In this document: positions 41,679 to 50,647 of the stretch, piece after piece
Position numbering within the stretch: position 1 is the stretch's first letter
Layout of the letters: each line of letters starts with the position of its first letter
Virus record (IMG/VR): IMGVR_UViG_3300046370_000202
Strand: one strand, 5' to 3'
DNA from: a virus
Length of the DNA stretch: 64,000 nucleotides
Made by a program: the position numbers and the translations under genes
Notes under the pieces: model-generated
The model's database searches: none
What the model saw: only the letters and a program-made list of their open reading frames with translations
What the model was told of the DNA's origin: nothing

Positions 41679-41705
41679 CAGTTAAGAATTTTTACGGAAG
41701 CGCAC

Positions 41706-42296
41706 ATGTCTAACATATTTCAGAACCTAGAACTGCAGGCGTTTCGTGCTGGGATCACTCCGCGTACCAAGGAGTCCCGTGAGTGGTTCAGAAAGAAGAT
41801 CAAAAGTCTTAAAAGTATTAATCGCGAATCCTTGATGAAAGAGGATCCGCTGAAGCAAACAGGCAGAGAGATCATAGGTAGCATGTATATGTTCTTCTAC
41901 GACCCGAAGCACAAAGAGACTTTGCCGTTCTACGACACGTTTCCATTAGTTGTCGTTGTTGGTCCAGCTGAAGGTGGGTTCTATGGTTTGAACCTACACT
42001 ACCTTCCACCCATCTTACGTGCGAAGATGTTGGATGCGTTGATGGACATCACAACAAATAATAAGTTTAACGACTCAACTCGATTCAAGATGTCGTATGA
42101 ACTGTTGGCGAAGACGGCAAAATTAAAGTATTTCAAACCGTGTTTCAAACACTACTTGAACGAACATGTACAGAGTAAGTTCGCGATGGTACCCGCACCA
42201 GAGTGGGAGATCGCAACATTCTTACCGACAGCTAAGTTCGAGAAGGCAAGTATAAACGCAGTCTATAAAGACTCCAGACAGAAGATAACAGACTAA
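41706..42296 (+). CDS. gp2: DNA end protector protein gp2
   Basis: MYMFFYDPKHKETLPFYDTFPLV...GLNLHYLPP..RA...KPCFKHYL. Confidence 0.92.
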   Translation: MSNIFQNLELQAFRAGITPRTKESREWFRKKIKSLKSINRESLMKEDPLKQTGREIIGSMYMFFYDPKHKETLPFYDTFPLVVVVGPAEGGFYGLNLHYLPPILRAKMLDALMDITTNNKFNDSTRFKMSYELLAKTAKLKYFKPCFKHYLNEHVQSKFAMVPAPEWEIATFLPTAKFEKASINAVYKDSRQKITD

Positions 42297-42919
42297 TGGC
42301 AGGCATAGAAGAATTAAAAAGTAAACTGATCTCCAAAGGTGGTCTGGCTATGAACAACCAGTTTCTGGTTAATCTTCCATCAATGGGCGGAGTAGATAGT
42401 CGTACAATGAATGTTCTCTGTAAAGAAGTGTCTTTGCCGGGAAGACAGATACTTACTCTTGACAGACCCATCGCAATGGTCCAAGAAAAAGTTGCTAATG
42501 GATTCTCAACAGAGGATGTGTCTATGACATTTTATGTTACGAATGACTATGCTCCCAAGAAGTATTTTGATAAATGGAAGTCTGAAATAATCGTAAAAAA
42601 AGACGACCATTTACATGTTGGATACAGAGACAATTATTCAAGAGATATTTTTATACGTCAACTAAAAAAACCTATCGCCAGATTTGGTTTTGATTTAGGA
42701 CCATTAGATTTTAATCTAGATGTTTTGGGAAAATCTATATACAGTGTAAAACTGATAAACGCATTTCCAACGTCAATGAGTTCTATTCAGTTGAATAGTG
42801 ATCAGGATCAAATTGTTGAATTTTCTGTACAGTTTTCCTACACTGATTGGGAAGTTATAAAGAACGAAAAGGATGGGTTGAGTCCAAGCATAGGGCTCAA
42901 TCTTGGTGGTTTAATTTAA
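42296..42919 (+). CDS. Tail tube initiator gp54 / gp19-like protein
   Basis: GGLA..NQF.V, LCKEVSLPGR, YF.KW, KLINAFPTS...IQL......F.VQFSY. Confidence 0.75.
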   Translation: MAGIEELKSKLISKGGLAMNNQFLVNLPSMGGVDSRTMNVLCKEVSLPGRQILTLDRPIAMVQEKVANGFSTEDVSMTFYVTNDYAPKKYFDKWKSEIIVKKDDHLHVGYRDNYSRDIFIRQLKKPIARFGFDLGPLDFNLDVLGKSIYSVKLINAFPTSMSSIQLNSDQDQIVEFSVQFSYTDWEVIKNEKDGLSPSIGLNLGGLI

Positions 42920-42934
42920 ATTATAGGATATATC

Positions 42935-43648
42935 ATGGCATTACCAAAACTTAACTCGTCGCCGTCGTATGGGATGACAGTTCCATCTAGCAAACAAAGT
43001 GTCACATACAGACCATTTCTAGTTAAAGAGCAAAAATCTTTATTGATTGCACTTGAATCTCAAAACCGCAGAGACATCGTTAGATCGATAATTCGCACTA
43101 TTGAGTCTTGTGTTGAAGAAAAATTAGATCATGGACTAACAACATTTGATGTTGACTATATGTTCACAAAAATTCGTTCTAAGTCGGTGGGAGAAACATC
43201 TAAAATAAACGTTTCTTGTAGCGAGTGTAACGAAGAAAATGAGATTTCTATATCATTAGACGATATAGAAGTCACAACCGGAAGTGAAAAGTCCGGCACT
43301 ATCATACCTATTACCGATGATGTGTCTGTCAAAATGAAATATCCAACGTATGATGAGTTTCTCTTAAATGAAAACTTATCTGAAAGTTCTACGGTAACCG
43401 AAGCTCTCATGCAACTAATCATTACTTGTATGGACTCCATTATGACCGAAGAAGAAAATATTTCTGTTAAAGACGAAACAAATGAAGATATAATGTCTTT
43501 TTTAGAGTCTATGACATCAAGTCAATTTGAAAAGATTTCTGACTTCGCCAACAACATACCCAGTCTCACAAAAAACATAGAGTTTAAGTGTCACTCATGT
43601 GGAACTGAAAACGATCACATATTAAGAGGACTCGACGATTTTTTTTAG
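42935..43648 (+). CDS. gp26: Baseplate hub assembly protein gp26-like
   Basis: MALPKL..P.Y...VPSS...V.YRPFLVKEQK.LLIA, FDVDY.F.KIRSKSVGE, two CxxC, GLDDFF end. Confidence 0.88.
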   Translation: MALPKLNSSPSYGMTVPSSKQSVTYRPFLVKEQKSLLIALESQNRRDIVRSIIRTIESCVEEKLDHGLTTFDVDYMFTKIRSKSVGETSKINVSCSECNEENEISISLDDIEVTTGSEKSGTIIPITDDVSVKMKYPTYDEFLLNENLSESSTVTEALMQLIITCMDSIMTEEENISVKDETNEDIMSFLESMTSSQFEKISDFANNIPSLTKNIEFKCHSCGTENDHILRGLDDFF

Positions 43649-43830
43649 TAAACCTCTCCCATGAAACGTTGACAAACTATTATCAAGTCAACTTCCAACT
43701 AATGAACAATTTCAATTACTCATTGGACGACGTTGAACATATGATTCCTTGGGAGAGAGAAATCTACTTAACACTGTTAGTGGATGATGTAAAAGAAAAA
43801 AATGAGAGGGCAAAACGGAAAGGTTTATAA
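43639..43830 (+). CDS. gp51: gp51-like small hub-assembly ORF (absent from ORF track), in the -1 frame relative to gp26
   Basis: FFLVNLSHETLTNYYQVNFQLMNNFNYSLDDVEHMIPWEREIYLTLL...; stop abuts the next ATG. Confidence 0.75.
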   Translation, partial: FFLVNLSHETLTNYYQVNFQLMNNFNYSLDDVEHMIPWEREIYLTLLVDDVKEKNERAKRKGL

Positions 43831-45504
43831 ATGTCTTTAGCTGATCTATCAGAACAATTAAAAGAATTAAATAAAGATCAAAGGGATTCTCACAATGATG
43901 TATATGACTACATCAGGGCGGTAGTTCACGAAACACCTAGTCTGAAACAATACAGACTGGAGTTGATGGACACTGCTGAAAAAATAAGGAACATCACGCC
44001 CGAGCCCGGAGATTTGTCCGAAGAAAAGAGTGAAAAGAAAGCATTTGATAAAAAAATGCTGGACACTCTAATGGAAATTTCGGCCAACACCAAAGATAAA
44101 GATACAAAAGGATCCGGAAAAAAACAAGGCGTGTTCTCAAATGCATTAGCGGGCGGTCTGGGTTTTATGGCTAAAGGCCTAGGCGCTGGTGCCGCTCTTG
44201 CGGGACTAGGTATTGGACTGGGTGCATTCTTTTCAGGGATTGCTTTGGCAGATGCTGCAGGAAATTACTTAAAAATAGATGGACAATCTCTTAAAAAACA
44301 AATAATCACTTTGAGTGAAGCATTCTCAGAGGCGCCAAAGGACGGGTTACTTATACTTGGGGGTCTTATTGCAGGTTCTGGTGCATTAGGAGCTCTGTTC
44401 GGTGCAGGGTCATCCTTTAGAGCAGGCGGCGGTATGGCCGCGCTTGGTCTTGGACTAGCCGGATTTTTCGGAGCTCTCGCTGTTGGCGACAAAGCAATGT
44501 CTTGGATGAATGTTGATGGTTCTAAACTCAAATCAATGATGATCAACCTCTCCGAGGGTTTGAGTGCATTCAGTGGTGGTCAACTAGTAGGTCTGGCTGC
44601 GCTTTTAACCGGAGCTGGTATATTTGCACAATTTAAAGGTGGAATAAAGGGGTTAGGATATGCTGCAGTCGGCATGACTGCAATTGGACTGGGTATTGGT
44701 GGATTCTTCGGTGGTCTTGCTGTTGGCGACAAAGCAATGGACTGGATGAACGTTGACGGTTCCAACATACGAAATATGATGATTAACTTGGGCGAGGGTT
44801 TAACGGGACTGACAAAACCAGACTATACAAAACTTCTTGGGTTTGCTCCGGTGGCTGCTATAGTTGCAACCGGCATTGCTATGTTAACAGGAGCAAAAGC
44901 AATTGATGGGGTTGGTAATTTAATTGATGGTTTTGCAAGTTTTTTGACCGGAGACACTTCAACCGTTTATGAAAGAGTTAGCGAAGGTCTTAAGCAACTT
45001 GAACAAGTTGACCTTTCTAAACTAGAAAAGTTTGACCCAGCCGCAAATGCAGTTGCAAAAATGACGATGGCTTTATCAAATCTTTCGGACACAAGCCTTA
45101 ACTTCAGTCGGTCTAAAAAAGAATTAAGTGAACTTGGAGAATTGATGGCGTTAACACTTCCGATGTTCGATGCAATGTATGAAGGTGGAAAGGCGAATAC
45201 TCCAAAGGGGAAAGAATTAACATTTAAACCGGGCTTAAAAAACATACCTAATGATACGTTCAGTAAAATAGATTCTGTCTTATCGGTAAGTGAATCATCA
45301 CGACAGTCTACACCGACATCTTCTAGTAACGTGTCTTCTTTAGTAAAAGAAAGTAACGAGATGAAAAATACGCCTCCTGTTGTAGCTATCGACAACAGCA
45401 CATTAAACAATGTTTCTAACGGCGGTGGTGGCGGGGCATCCATCGTGACCGGAAACATATCTACGACAGATCCTCAAGATCCATACGTAGGAACACGCAA
45501 ATAA
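43831..45504 (+). CDS. Tape measure / baseplate hub gp29-like protein
   Basis: Position after gp26/gp51; Gly/Ala-rich hydrophobic ~80-aa repeats (AVGDKAM.WMNVDGS). Confidence 0.65.
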   Translation: MSLADLSEQLKELNKDQRDSHNDVYDYIRAVVHETPSLKQYRLELMDTAEKIRNITPEPGDLSEEKSEKKAFDKKMLDTLMEISANTKDKDTKGSGKKQGVFSNALAGGLGFMAKGLGAGAALAGLGIGLGAFFSGIALADAAGNYLKIDGQSLKKQIITLSEAFSEAPKDGLLILGGLIAGSGALGALFGAGSSFRAGGGMAALGLGLAGFFGALAVGDKAMSWMNVDGSKLKSMMINLSEGLSAFSGGQLVGLAALLTGAGIFAQFKGGIKGLGYAAVGMTAIGLGIGGFFGGLAVGDKAMDWMNVDGSNIRNMMINLGEGLTGLTKPDYTKLLGFAPVAAIVATGIAMLTGAKAIDGVGNLIDGFASFLTGDTSTVYERVSEGLKQLEQVDLSKLEKFDPAANAVAKMTMALSNLSDTSLNFSRSKKELSELGELMALTLPMFDAMYEGGKANTPKGKELTFKPGLKNIPNDTFSKIDSVLSVSESSRQSTPTSSSNVSSLVKESNEMKNTPPVVAIDNSTLNNVSNGGGGGASIVTGNISTTDPQDPYVGTRK

Positions 45505-45505
45505 G

Positions 45506-45535
45506 AAAAAGGGGACTTGATGTCCCCTTACTTTT
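45506..45535. terminator. Bidirectional intrinsic terminator between convergent genes
   Basis: AAAAA-GGGGAC-ttgat-GTCCCC-TTACTTTT. Confidence 0.8.
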
Positions 45536-45818
45536 AGTTGGTAGAGTTTCTATCGAGTGACTCAATCAAGATCATTTTTACGATCCTTGATTTAGTATAA
45601 GACTTCGGTACCATCAACCCCAATTCTTCGGCCATCACAACTAATTGTGCCCTAGTTAATGACATTAAATCAGCCTGATCAGGTTGAGTAGGAGTAGTAG
45701 GAGTGGTAGGAGAAGAGCCTCCACCCGTAGTCTTTTCCGGTTTGCGTGATACTGATCGGTAGATCAGACCAAGTGCGACTAGTCCCGCTAGGACCAGAAT
45801 AATCATATTGTTATCCAT
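45534..45818 (-). CDS. Small membrane-anchored protein with Rho-N/HeH-like C-terminus
   Basis: N-terminal TM helix, PTT linker, DLMSLTRAQL..MAEELGL.VP....KS.IV. Confidence 0.6.
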   Translation of the reverse strand: MDNNMIILVLAGLVALGLIYRSVSRKPEKTTGGGSSPTTPTTPTQPDQADLMSLTRAQLVVMAEELGLMVPKSYTKSRIVKMILIESLDRNSTN

Positions 45819-45821
45819 TTT

Positions 45822-46769
45822 TTAATCCTCCGCTGCCATCTGTGCGAAGTACGACAGGGTGTCGTCTTCTTCGGTCGCAACCGCTGCAGGGGCAGGAGCA
45901 GGAGCAGCTACGATTGTTGGTTCAGAAGATTCTTTCCAAGGAGCAGATTCTGCAGTCTGGGCGAGAGCCTCATTCTTAACAGTTGCGCCAGAACCTGTTG
46001 CAAGTCCCAACACAGTCTCCAACTTGTTCTTCAACTCATCATAAGTCTTAAACCAGTTGGCATCGTGTGCGTTAGGGTAGTTAGGTACTACAAACTCATT
46101 TAGATCGTACAACGCATTGTACACGGCTTCAAGTTGCGTCTCATCTGAACCTAAGTGTGCAGAAGGGGACTTGAAGTCCGACTTATCATAGTTACGATAC
46201 CCAGCGACATTGCGGATCTTTAGTTCAAAGTCTGCGCCGCCCCAGAAGTCAAACGGATTGACTGGAGTCTCGCCTGGGAATTCTGGTTGCATCTGGTCCA
46301 TGATCTTATCAAAGATCTTCTTACCGAACTCATAGAGGAACGTCTTGCCGTTATTGGCAGGGTTCGCAGGATCGTTGATCACTTGGATATTAGTGACGTA
46401 GTGTAGACGACGCTTCTGGCGACGTGCGGTCTCTTTGTCCTCTTCGATACCTGAGTTCCACAGACGTGAGTTCAACTCACCGACTGGGTCGTTCTGACCA
46501 AGGGTAGTGAGTGATCGTTCGATGTACCATTGTCCGGTTGGACCCTTGAATGCGTGGTCCCAATAACGGACCCACGGTAGGTCTTGACCCTCAGTAGCAG
46601 GAAGAAAACGAATAACAGCGTAGCCGTTGCCCTGTTCATCAACAGTAGGCTTCCACTTGCGATCGTCTTGGTATTTGTTGGTGTTGGTTGTCTGACCTGA
46701 CGCTTCGGTTGCGGCAGTGACAAGTTTGGAGATGTCCATAGATCTGGACTTTAGATTTGCAAAAGACAT
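45822..46769 (-). CDS. gp32: Single-stranded DNA-binding protein gp32
   Basis: DDRKWKP..D..GNGYAVIRFLP, WYIE.SLTTLG..DPV, FGKKIFDKI, NPFDFW.GADF.LKI, acidic tail. Confidence 0.96.
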   Translation of the reverse strand: MSFANLKSRSMDISKLVTAATEASGQTTNTNKYQDDRKWKPTVDEQGNGYAVIRFLPATEGQDLPWVRYWDHAFKGPTGQWYIERSLTTLGQNDPVGELNSRLWNSGIEEDKETARRQKRRLHYVTNIQVINDPANPANNGKTFLYEFGKKIFDKIMDQMQPEFPGETPVNPFDFWGGADFELKIRNVAGYRNYDKSDFKSPSAHLGSDETQLEAVYNALYDLNEFVVPNYPNAHDANWFKTYDELKNKLETVLGLATGSGATVKNEALAQTAESAPWKESSEPTIVAAPAPAPAAVATEEDDTLSYFAQMAAED

Positions 46770-46830
46770 AATATGTACCTTGTATAAACTTAAATATAAA
46801 CTAAAATATGAATTGCCTCTAGGGCACTTC

Positions 46831-46838
46831 TATTTATA
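46831..46838 (-). promoter_or_regulatory. T4-type late promoter upstream of gp32
   Basis: Exact TATAAATA. Confidence 0.7.
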
Positions 46839-47070
46839 CGTCTAGTGTGTTCTGCTGAGGGAGAAAATGTAACTGTCTCGCTTCAGCCTCGAGATGTTCA
46901 ACTATAGTCGGAGACAAGTATTTCTTAATGTCTTCTAACTCTAGTCCATTCTCTTCACATAGATGTACAATAGCGTCCATATAGGACTGTTTGTTTCGAA
47001 ACACGAAACTCTCAACCATAGTTGAGAAAGATTTTTTGGTTAGGAACTTCTCTTCAGTTTGTTCATCCAT
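46834..47070 (-). CDS. gp33: Late transcription co-activator gp33 (start revised to 47070)
   Basis: F...VE......SYMDAIVHLCEENGLE......LS..I...LEAEA..L.FL; T4-like synteny with gp32. Confidence 0.85.
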   Translation of the reverse strand: MDEQTEEKFLTKKSFSTMVESFVFRNKQSYMDAIVHLCEENGLELEDIKKYLSPTIVEHLEAEARQLHFLPQQNTLDV

Positions 47071-47314
47071 CGAGTACCTCAACTTGCGTGACGTTTTCCA
47101 CACGGAAAGACCGCCAAGCTTGCTTATCGATAGCGAACGCACGTACAACTGAGTTGTTCACAGCCAATGCAGCCGCAGTCTCACCCTGTTCACGTTTCGG
47201 TAACAACTCAGGTAAAAGGGTACAGGGCATAACACGCTCTTCTCCATCTACCTTTGTGAACGTGACCTGTAAGATGTTAGACTTTAACTGTTCAACAATG
47301 TTTTCATATGACAT
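47063..47314 (-). CDS. SH3/WYL-like small protein conserved in T4-like phages
   Basis: VTFTKVDGEERVMPCTL...FAIDKQAWRSFR; GGAGG RBS before ATG 47314. Confidence 0.75.
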   Translation of the reverse strand: MSYENIVEQLKSNILQVTFTKVDGEERVMPCTLLPELLPKREQGETAAALAVNNSVVRAFAIDKQAWRSFRVENVTQVEVLDG

Positions 47315-47324
47315 TGACGCCTCC

Positions 47325-47612
47325 TTAGAATCGTTCGTATTCATCGTCCTCGGCGCCTTCTTCACCAGTATCTGCATGAACGGCTTCGAGAAACTCTTCA
47401 CTCTGATCAAGAACTGCAATCGTGTGCTCAAACGCTTCGAGCGTAGAGATTACATTCATACGTTTCTCATCGTCTTCAGGAAGTTCTGCGAACTCCTTAA
47501 CGAAGGTATCCAGAGTGTCTAGATATGCAATGCGCATGTACTCACGTGCGATGAGTTCTACATCATTGCGAGGGTATTGACCTAAGTCAATAAGGTTTTC
47601 AGGTAGGGACAT
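47325..47612 (-). CDS. Hypothetical acidic protein
   Basis: ORF coupled to neighbours, GAGGAG RBS. Confidence 0.7.
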   Translation of the reverse strand: MSLPENLIDLGQYPRNDVELIAREYMRIAYLDTLDTFVKEFAELPEDDEKRMNVISTLEAFEHTIAVLDQSEEFLEAVHADTGEEGAEDDEYERF

Positions 47613-47836
47613 TAATTCCACTCCTCGTTTTGGTTAGCTTCATATACGTCTGAGAAATGAGTATTCACAAATTTAACCTCATCTCCCCAACGCACATCCG
47701 ACTTATAGTCTTGACGATCAAGACGTTCTACTTCATCAGCGAGACGTTTATTTGCCGCACTGATTTTGCCACGCTTCTGAATCTTAAGTGCAGCTGCACG
47801 AATCATTGCGTAACGTTCTTCTTTCGAAATTGACAT
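47612..47836 (-). CDS. Hypothetical protein
   Basis: 74-aa ORF with GGAG RBS. Confidence 0.7.
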   Translation of the reverse strand: MSISKEERYAMIRAAALKIQKRGKISAANKRLADEVERLDRQDYKSDVRWGDEVKFVNTHFSDVYEANQNEEWN

Positions 47837-47838
47837 AT

Positions 47839-47867
47839 ATTATACTCCAAAAAACTCTTCTTGTCAA
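47839..47867 (-). promoter_or_regulatory. Sigma70-consensus promoter TTGACA-17-TATAAT
   Basis: Perfect consensus, overlapping the RBS of the 47836 ORF. Confidence 0.6.
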
Positions 47868-48013
47868 GAGTGATCATTATTAGGATAGAGGCTATCTTCA
47901 GGATAGCCCCGTTTCTTGACCTCTTTCTTACGGTCAACGTGGGTGGATGGCCGATTGAACTTCGGTGAGTGTTTCGCCACCGGATTCGACCGATTGATAG
48001 ATTTCTTCTTCAT
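47864..48013 (-). CDS. Small basic phage protein
   Basis: MKKKSINRSNPVAKHSPKFNRPSTHVDRKK; overlaps 3' end of 47934-48407. Confidence 0.5.
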   Translation of the reverse strand: MKKKSINRSNPVAKHSPKFNRPSTHVDRKKEVKKRGYPEDSLYPNNDHS

Positions 48014-48407
48014 ACCTATACGCCTCTTCTTCCCAAGGATGATCTTCATAGGCAAGGTTTGTGTACTCAACTCCATCAAAGATATGTTTGTATGACAAAC
48101 CATCCTCATCAAGAGTTAGACCCACATGAATGAGTCGTCCCGTTAAAATCTGCACAGCATGAACAAACTCGTGTGCGATATTAATCTTGAGCGATTCATC
48201 ATCTTGGTCATGAGTTGAAAACCGAATATCTACTCGATCTTCATCACCATCTGTTTCACCAGAAAAATTGCCGATCATCTCTTCTTCAAACAAAACTTTA
48301 ACATACCCGCCTAGACGGGTAATTCCAATTGACTCTGCGCAACGAAACACATAGTCGGAGATGCCCTCATTGGGCGAGTTTTCTATAATAACATTTTCGG
48401 CAATCAT
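47934..48407 (-). CDS. HExxH zinc-metallopeptidase-like protein
   Basis: IAHEFVHAVQ...Y.DHPWEEEAY. Confidence 0.75.
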   Translation of the reverse strand: MIAENVIIENSPNEGISDYVFRCAESIGITRLGGYVKVLFEEEMIGNFSGETDGDEDRVDIRFSTHDQDDESLKINIAHEFVHAVQILTGRLIHVGLTLDEDGLSYKHIFDGVEYTNLAYEDHPWEEEAYRYEEEIYQSVESGGETLTEVQSAIHPR

Positions 48408-48416
48408 ACCTAGTCC

Positions 48417-48626
48417 TTAATGAATTGTTATTTCGGGCATGACTTCATCGAACGCTTCGAGTAGATCAATCTCATCTTGGATTGCCTCACGAATCTCGAC
48501 TTCACTCATACCAATAGCTTCCATACTAGAAACTGCCATCTCAGGTGAGAGCATATCATCAATCACCGAATCAAAAAGATCTCGAAGATACTCTCCCACT
48601 TCACCACGTGCATACCATGCTGTCAT
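48417..48626 (-). CDS. Hypothetical protein
   Basis: 69-aa ORF, GGAG RBS, coupled to upstream ORF. Confidence 0.65.
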   Translation of the reverse strand: MTAWYARGEVGEYLRDLFDSVIDDMLSPEMAVSSMEAIGMSEVEIREAIQDEIDLLEAFDEVMPEITIH

Positions 48627-48856
48627 TGCTTTGACTCCACTAACCTATTGTCTCTAAACTCGAACCCCTCGGGGGCACTTAACTTACCTAACAACCACCA
48701 ATCTTCAGCCTTCATAGTAGGCACAAACTGGCCGTGTTCATCTTGAAACTTCTTACCCATCTTGTTGTACTCGTTCAAGTAATCAACCGCGTCTAGGACG
48801 ACTTCAAACTCTTGCACATCAAGGTTGTTGTTTAACTTAGGCTTTGCTGTATACAT
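48623..48856 (-). CDS. Hypothetical protein (start revised to MYTAKPK)
   Basis: AGGAG RBS upstream of ATG 48856. Confidence 0.65.
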   Translation of the reverse strand: MYTAKPKLNNNLDVQEFEVVLDAVDYLNEYNKMGKKFQDEHGQFVPTMKAEDWWLLGKLSAPEGFEFRDNRLVESKQ

Positions 48857-49017
48857 TACTTCTCTCCTTTCATTTCGTGACGGTACTCTCTCTTCAACCA
48901 CCACTTATACATTCTAAAATATTCTGCTGAATCGTAGAGGGGACTGCGACCCGTGAACTGTGCCACTTCGTCGCAATGCTCATACCACTTTTGGTTACAC
49001 CAGTGACGAAAGTTCAT
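48856..49017 (-). CDS. Small hypothetical protein (absent from ORF track)
   Basis: MNFRHWCNQKWYEHCDEV...YFRMYKWWLKREYRHEMKGEK; TAATG overlaps at both ends. Confidence 0.65.
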   Translation of the reverse strand: MNFRHWCNQKWYEHCDEVAQFTGRSPLYDSAEYFRMYKWWLKREYRHEMKGEK

Positions 49018-49565
49018 TACGCGTACCAACTTCGGTAGAAAGACTTACCTTCTTCGGCGAGACCAGCGTGACGCACATCGTCAATGTTGATGTACTTACC
49101 AGTGATTCGCTTCTTGAACTCACCACCGATGAACTCGTTCTTGACTGGAATGACACGGTCACTCATGAAACTCTCACTACCTTCAACAGAAGCGACAGCG
49201 ATCTCACGCAGAGTGACAGTCGCACCTTTCTTGGCGACAACTTGGTAAGCGTCGATGTTGGTCTGTTCCCAACCCCAAGACGCGACATAGATGTCACCCT
49301 CTTTGACAGACTCAAGAGCGGCAGCCTTGGCGGCAGCACGAGCGATCTTGCGTTCCTGCTTCCACTGATCAGCGCGTTCAAGGTCAACAAGGAACTGCTC
49401 AACGTGTTCAATCATACGAGCGACAGTGCCGTAACGGTAAGCGAACTCGGTCTTGTAACCCAGACGGGCACGTTTAGTAGGACGCTTACAAACCGCAGTG
49501 ATCTTCGCCTCATCAATCTCCAACTCAAGACCACGCGCTTCGTACTTCTCAATCAACTTCAACAT
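49017..49565 (-). CDS. Hypothetical early protein
   Basis: GDIYVASWGWEQTNIDAYQVV motif; directly behind an early promoter. Confidence 0.8.
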   Translation of the reverse strand: MLKLIEKYEARGLELEIDEAKITAVCKRPTKRARLGYKTEFAYRYGTVARMIEHVEQFLVDLERADQWKQERKIARAAAKAAALESVKEGDIYVASWGWEQTNIDAYQVVAKKGATVTLREIAVASVEGSESFMSDRVIPVKNEFIGGEFKKRITGKYINIDDVRHAGLAEEGKSFYRSWYA

Positions 49566-49596
49566 AATTAACTCTCTCTCATCAATTTATGTAACC

Positions 49597-49645
49597 ATTA
49601 TACCAAATCTGGCGGGATTGTCAACACTTTTTTAAAACTTTTTTA
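49597..49645 (-). promoter_or_regulatory. Early promoter (A-tract UP element, TTGACA-16-TATAAT, extended -10)
   Basis: Near-identical copy at 52764-52812. Confidence 0.8.
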
Positions 49646-49879
49646 TGTTAATTTTTCACAATAAATGGGTTGTATTTTTCGTTCAACAATTCGCATTGCA
49701 CAGGGATCGTTTGCGAAAACACTCCAAGTGCCGTCGTACTGACTGGCGATAGTGATCTCAAATTCTTCTCCGTAGATGTCGTACGCTTCAAACTTAAATT
49801 CGTAGAAGATGTTAGGCTCTCCCAACACTTCGGTCAACCTTTCATAGGACACGTCAATGTATCCTTGTAAACAACTCAT
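49643..49879 (-). CDS. Hypothetical protein
   Basis: SCLQGYIDVSYERLTEVLGEP; GAGG RBS. Confidence 0.7.
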   Translation of the reverse strand: MSCLQGYIDVSYERLTEVLGEPNIFYEFKFEAYDIYGEEFEITIASQYDGTWSVFANDPCAMRIVERKIQPIYCEKLT

Positions 49880-49899
49880 GATAACCTCTTAGCAAAGGA

Positions 49900-50011
49900 G
49901 TGAGAAGGGAAGAAGCAGTGAACCGTAGTTCCTATTCTGACACCAGATGTCTCGGAGAGACAAACAGTGGGCCGAAGCCCCTAGTCGAGAGACCAGATCT
50001 CCCCAACTCAC
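49900..50011 (-). ncRNA. Candidate structured RNA / 5' leader
   Basis: Basal helix plus three hairpins (two with UNCG tetraloops) immediately downstream of a sigma70 promoter. Confidence 0.5.
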
Positions 50012-50018
50012 AATACAC

Positions 50019-50046
50019 ATTATACTCTTTTTTCAAATAAAGTCAA
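50019..50046 (-). promoter_or_regulatory. Early promoter TTGACT-16-TATAAT
   Basis: Consensus-like hexamers with A-rich upstream sequence. Confidence 0.7.
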
Positions 50047-50059
50047 GACCTTTTTTAGA

Positions 50060-50647
50060 TTATTTTGGAATAAAGGGTGCGTTTTTTACTGCTTTTAACC
50101 ACGACTCAGGATCTTTCGGTTTCGACGGGGTCACTCGCAGACCCTGTTCCTTGAAGTTCGCCTTCAGGATCGTGGCGGTCTCACGACCAAGGAACCTCGA
50201 CACCAGTTTCAGTAGGGTCTGTCGAAAGGTCACATGGTGGTGGCTGTGTCCTGCACTATGCGCGAGTTCGTGTAGGACGATGTACTTGTTGAAGTCGAAC
50301 GCGGGCGAGATCTCGATCCACGACCCATGCGACCTACCCATGTATGCCGCTCGACTTCCCATATTGCGTGACTGGACGACTCTCACCTTACCGTGGTAAC
50401 GGGACACCTTCTCCCAAGTCTTGGAAGCGGTCACTTGTTTTACAAACTTCTCCACGTCTTTGAACTCATTGAGTGGACCGATCAACTCAGGGTGTTCGTT
50501 TTCGAGTTTCCACTCTGCGTTATAGGTCTTGGTCTTCTCACTGTCGCGTTTTGGCAGGACAGTCTTGCGACGGTAGTAGTCAGAATACTTTTGGGCCTGA
50601 GAGGTAGTCAGTCCCGCGTTCAATGCTCTGCGATATGCAGTTCGCAT
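50060..50647 (-). CDS. HExxH metallopeptidase-like protein (start revised to MRTAYRR)
   Basis: IVLHELAH.AG..HH...FR; TAATG coupling. Confidence 0.7.
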   Translation of the reverse strand: MRTAYRRALNAGLTTSQAQKYSDYYRRKTVLPKRDSEKTKTYNAEWKLENEHPELIGPLNEFKDVEKFVKQVTASKTWEKVSRYHGKVRVVQSRNMGSRAAYMGRSHGSWIEISPAFDFNKYIVLHELAHSAGHSHHHVTFRQTLLKLVSRFLGRETATILKANFKEQGLRVTPSKPKDPESWLKAVKNAPFIPK

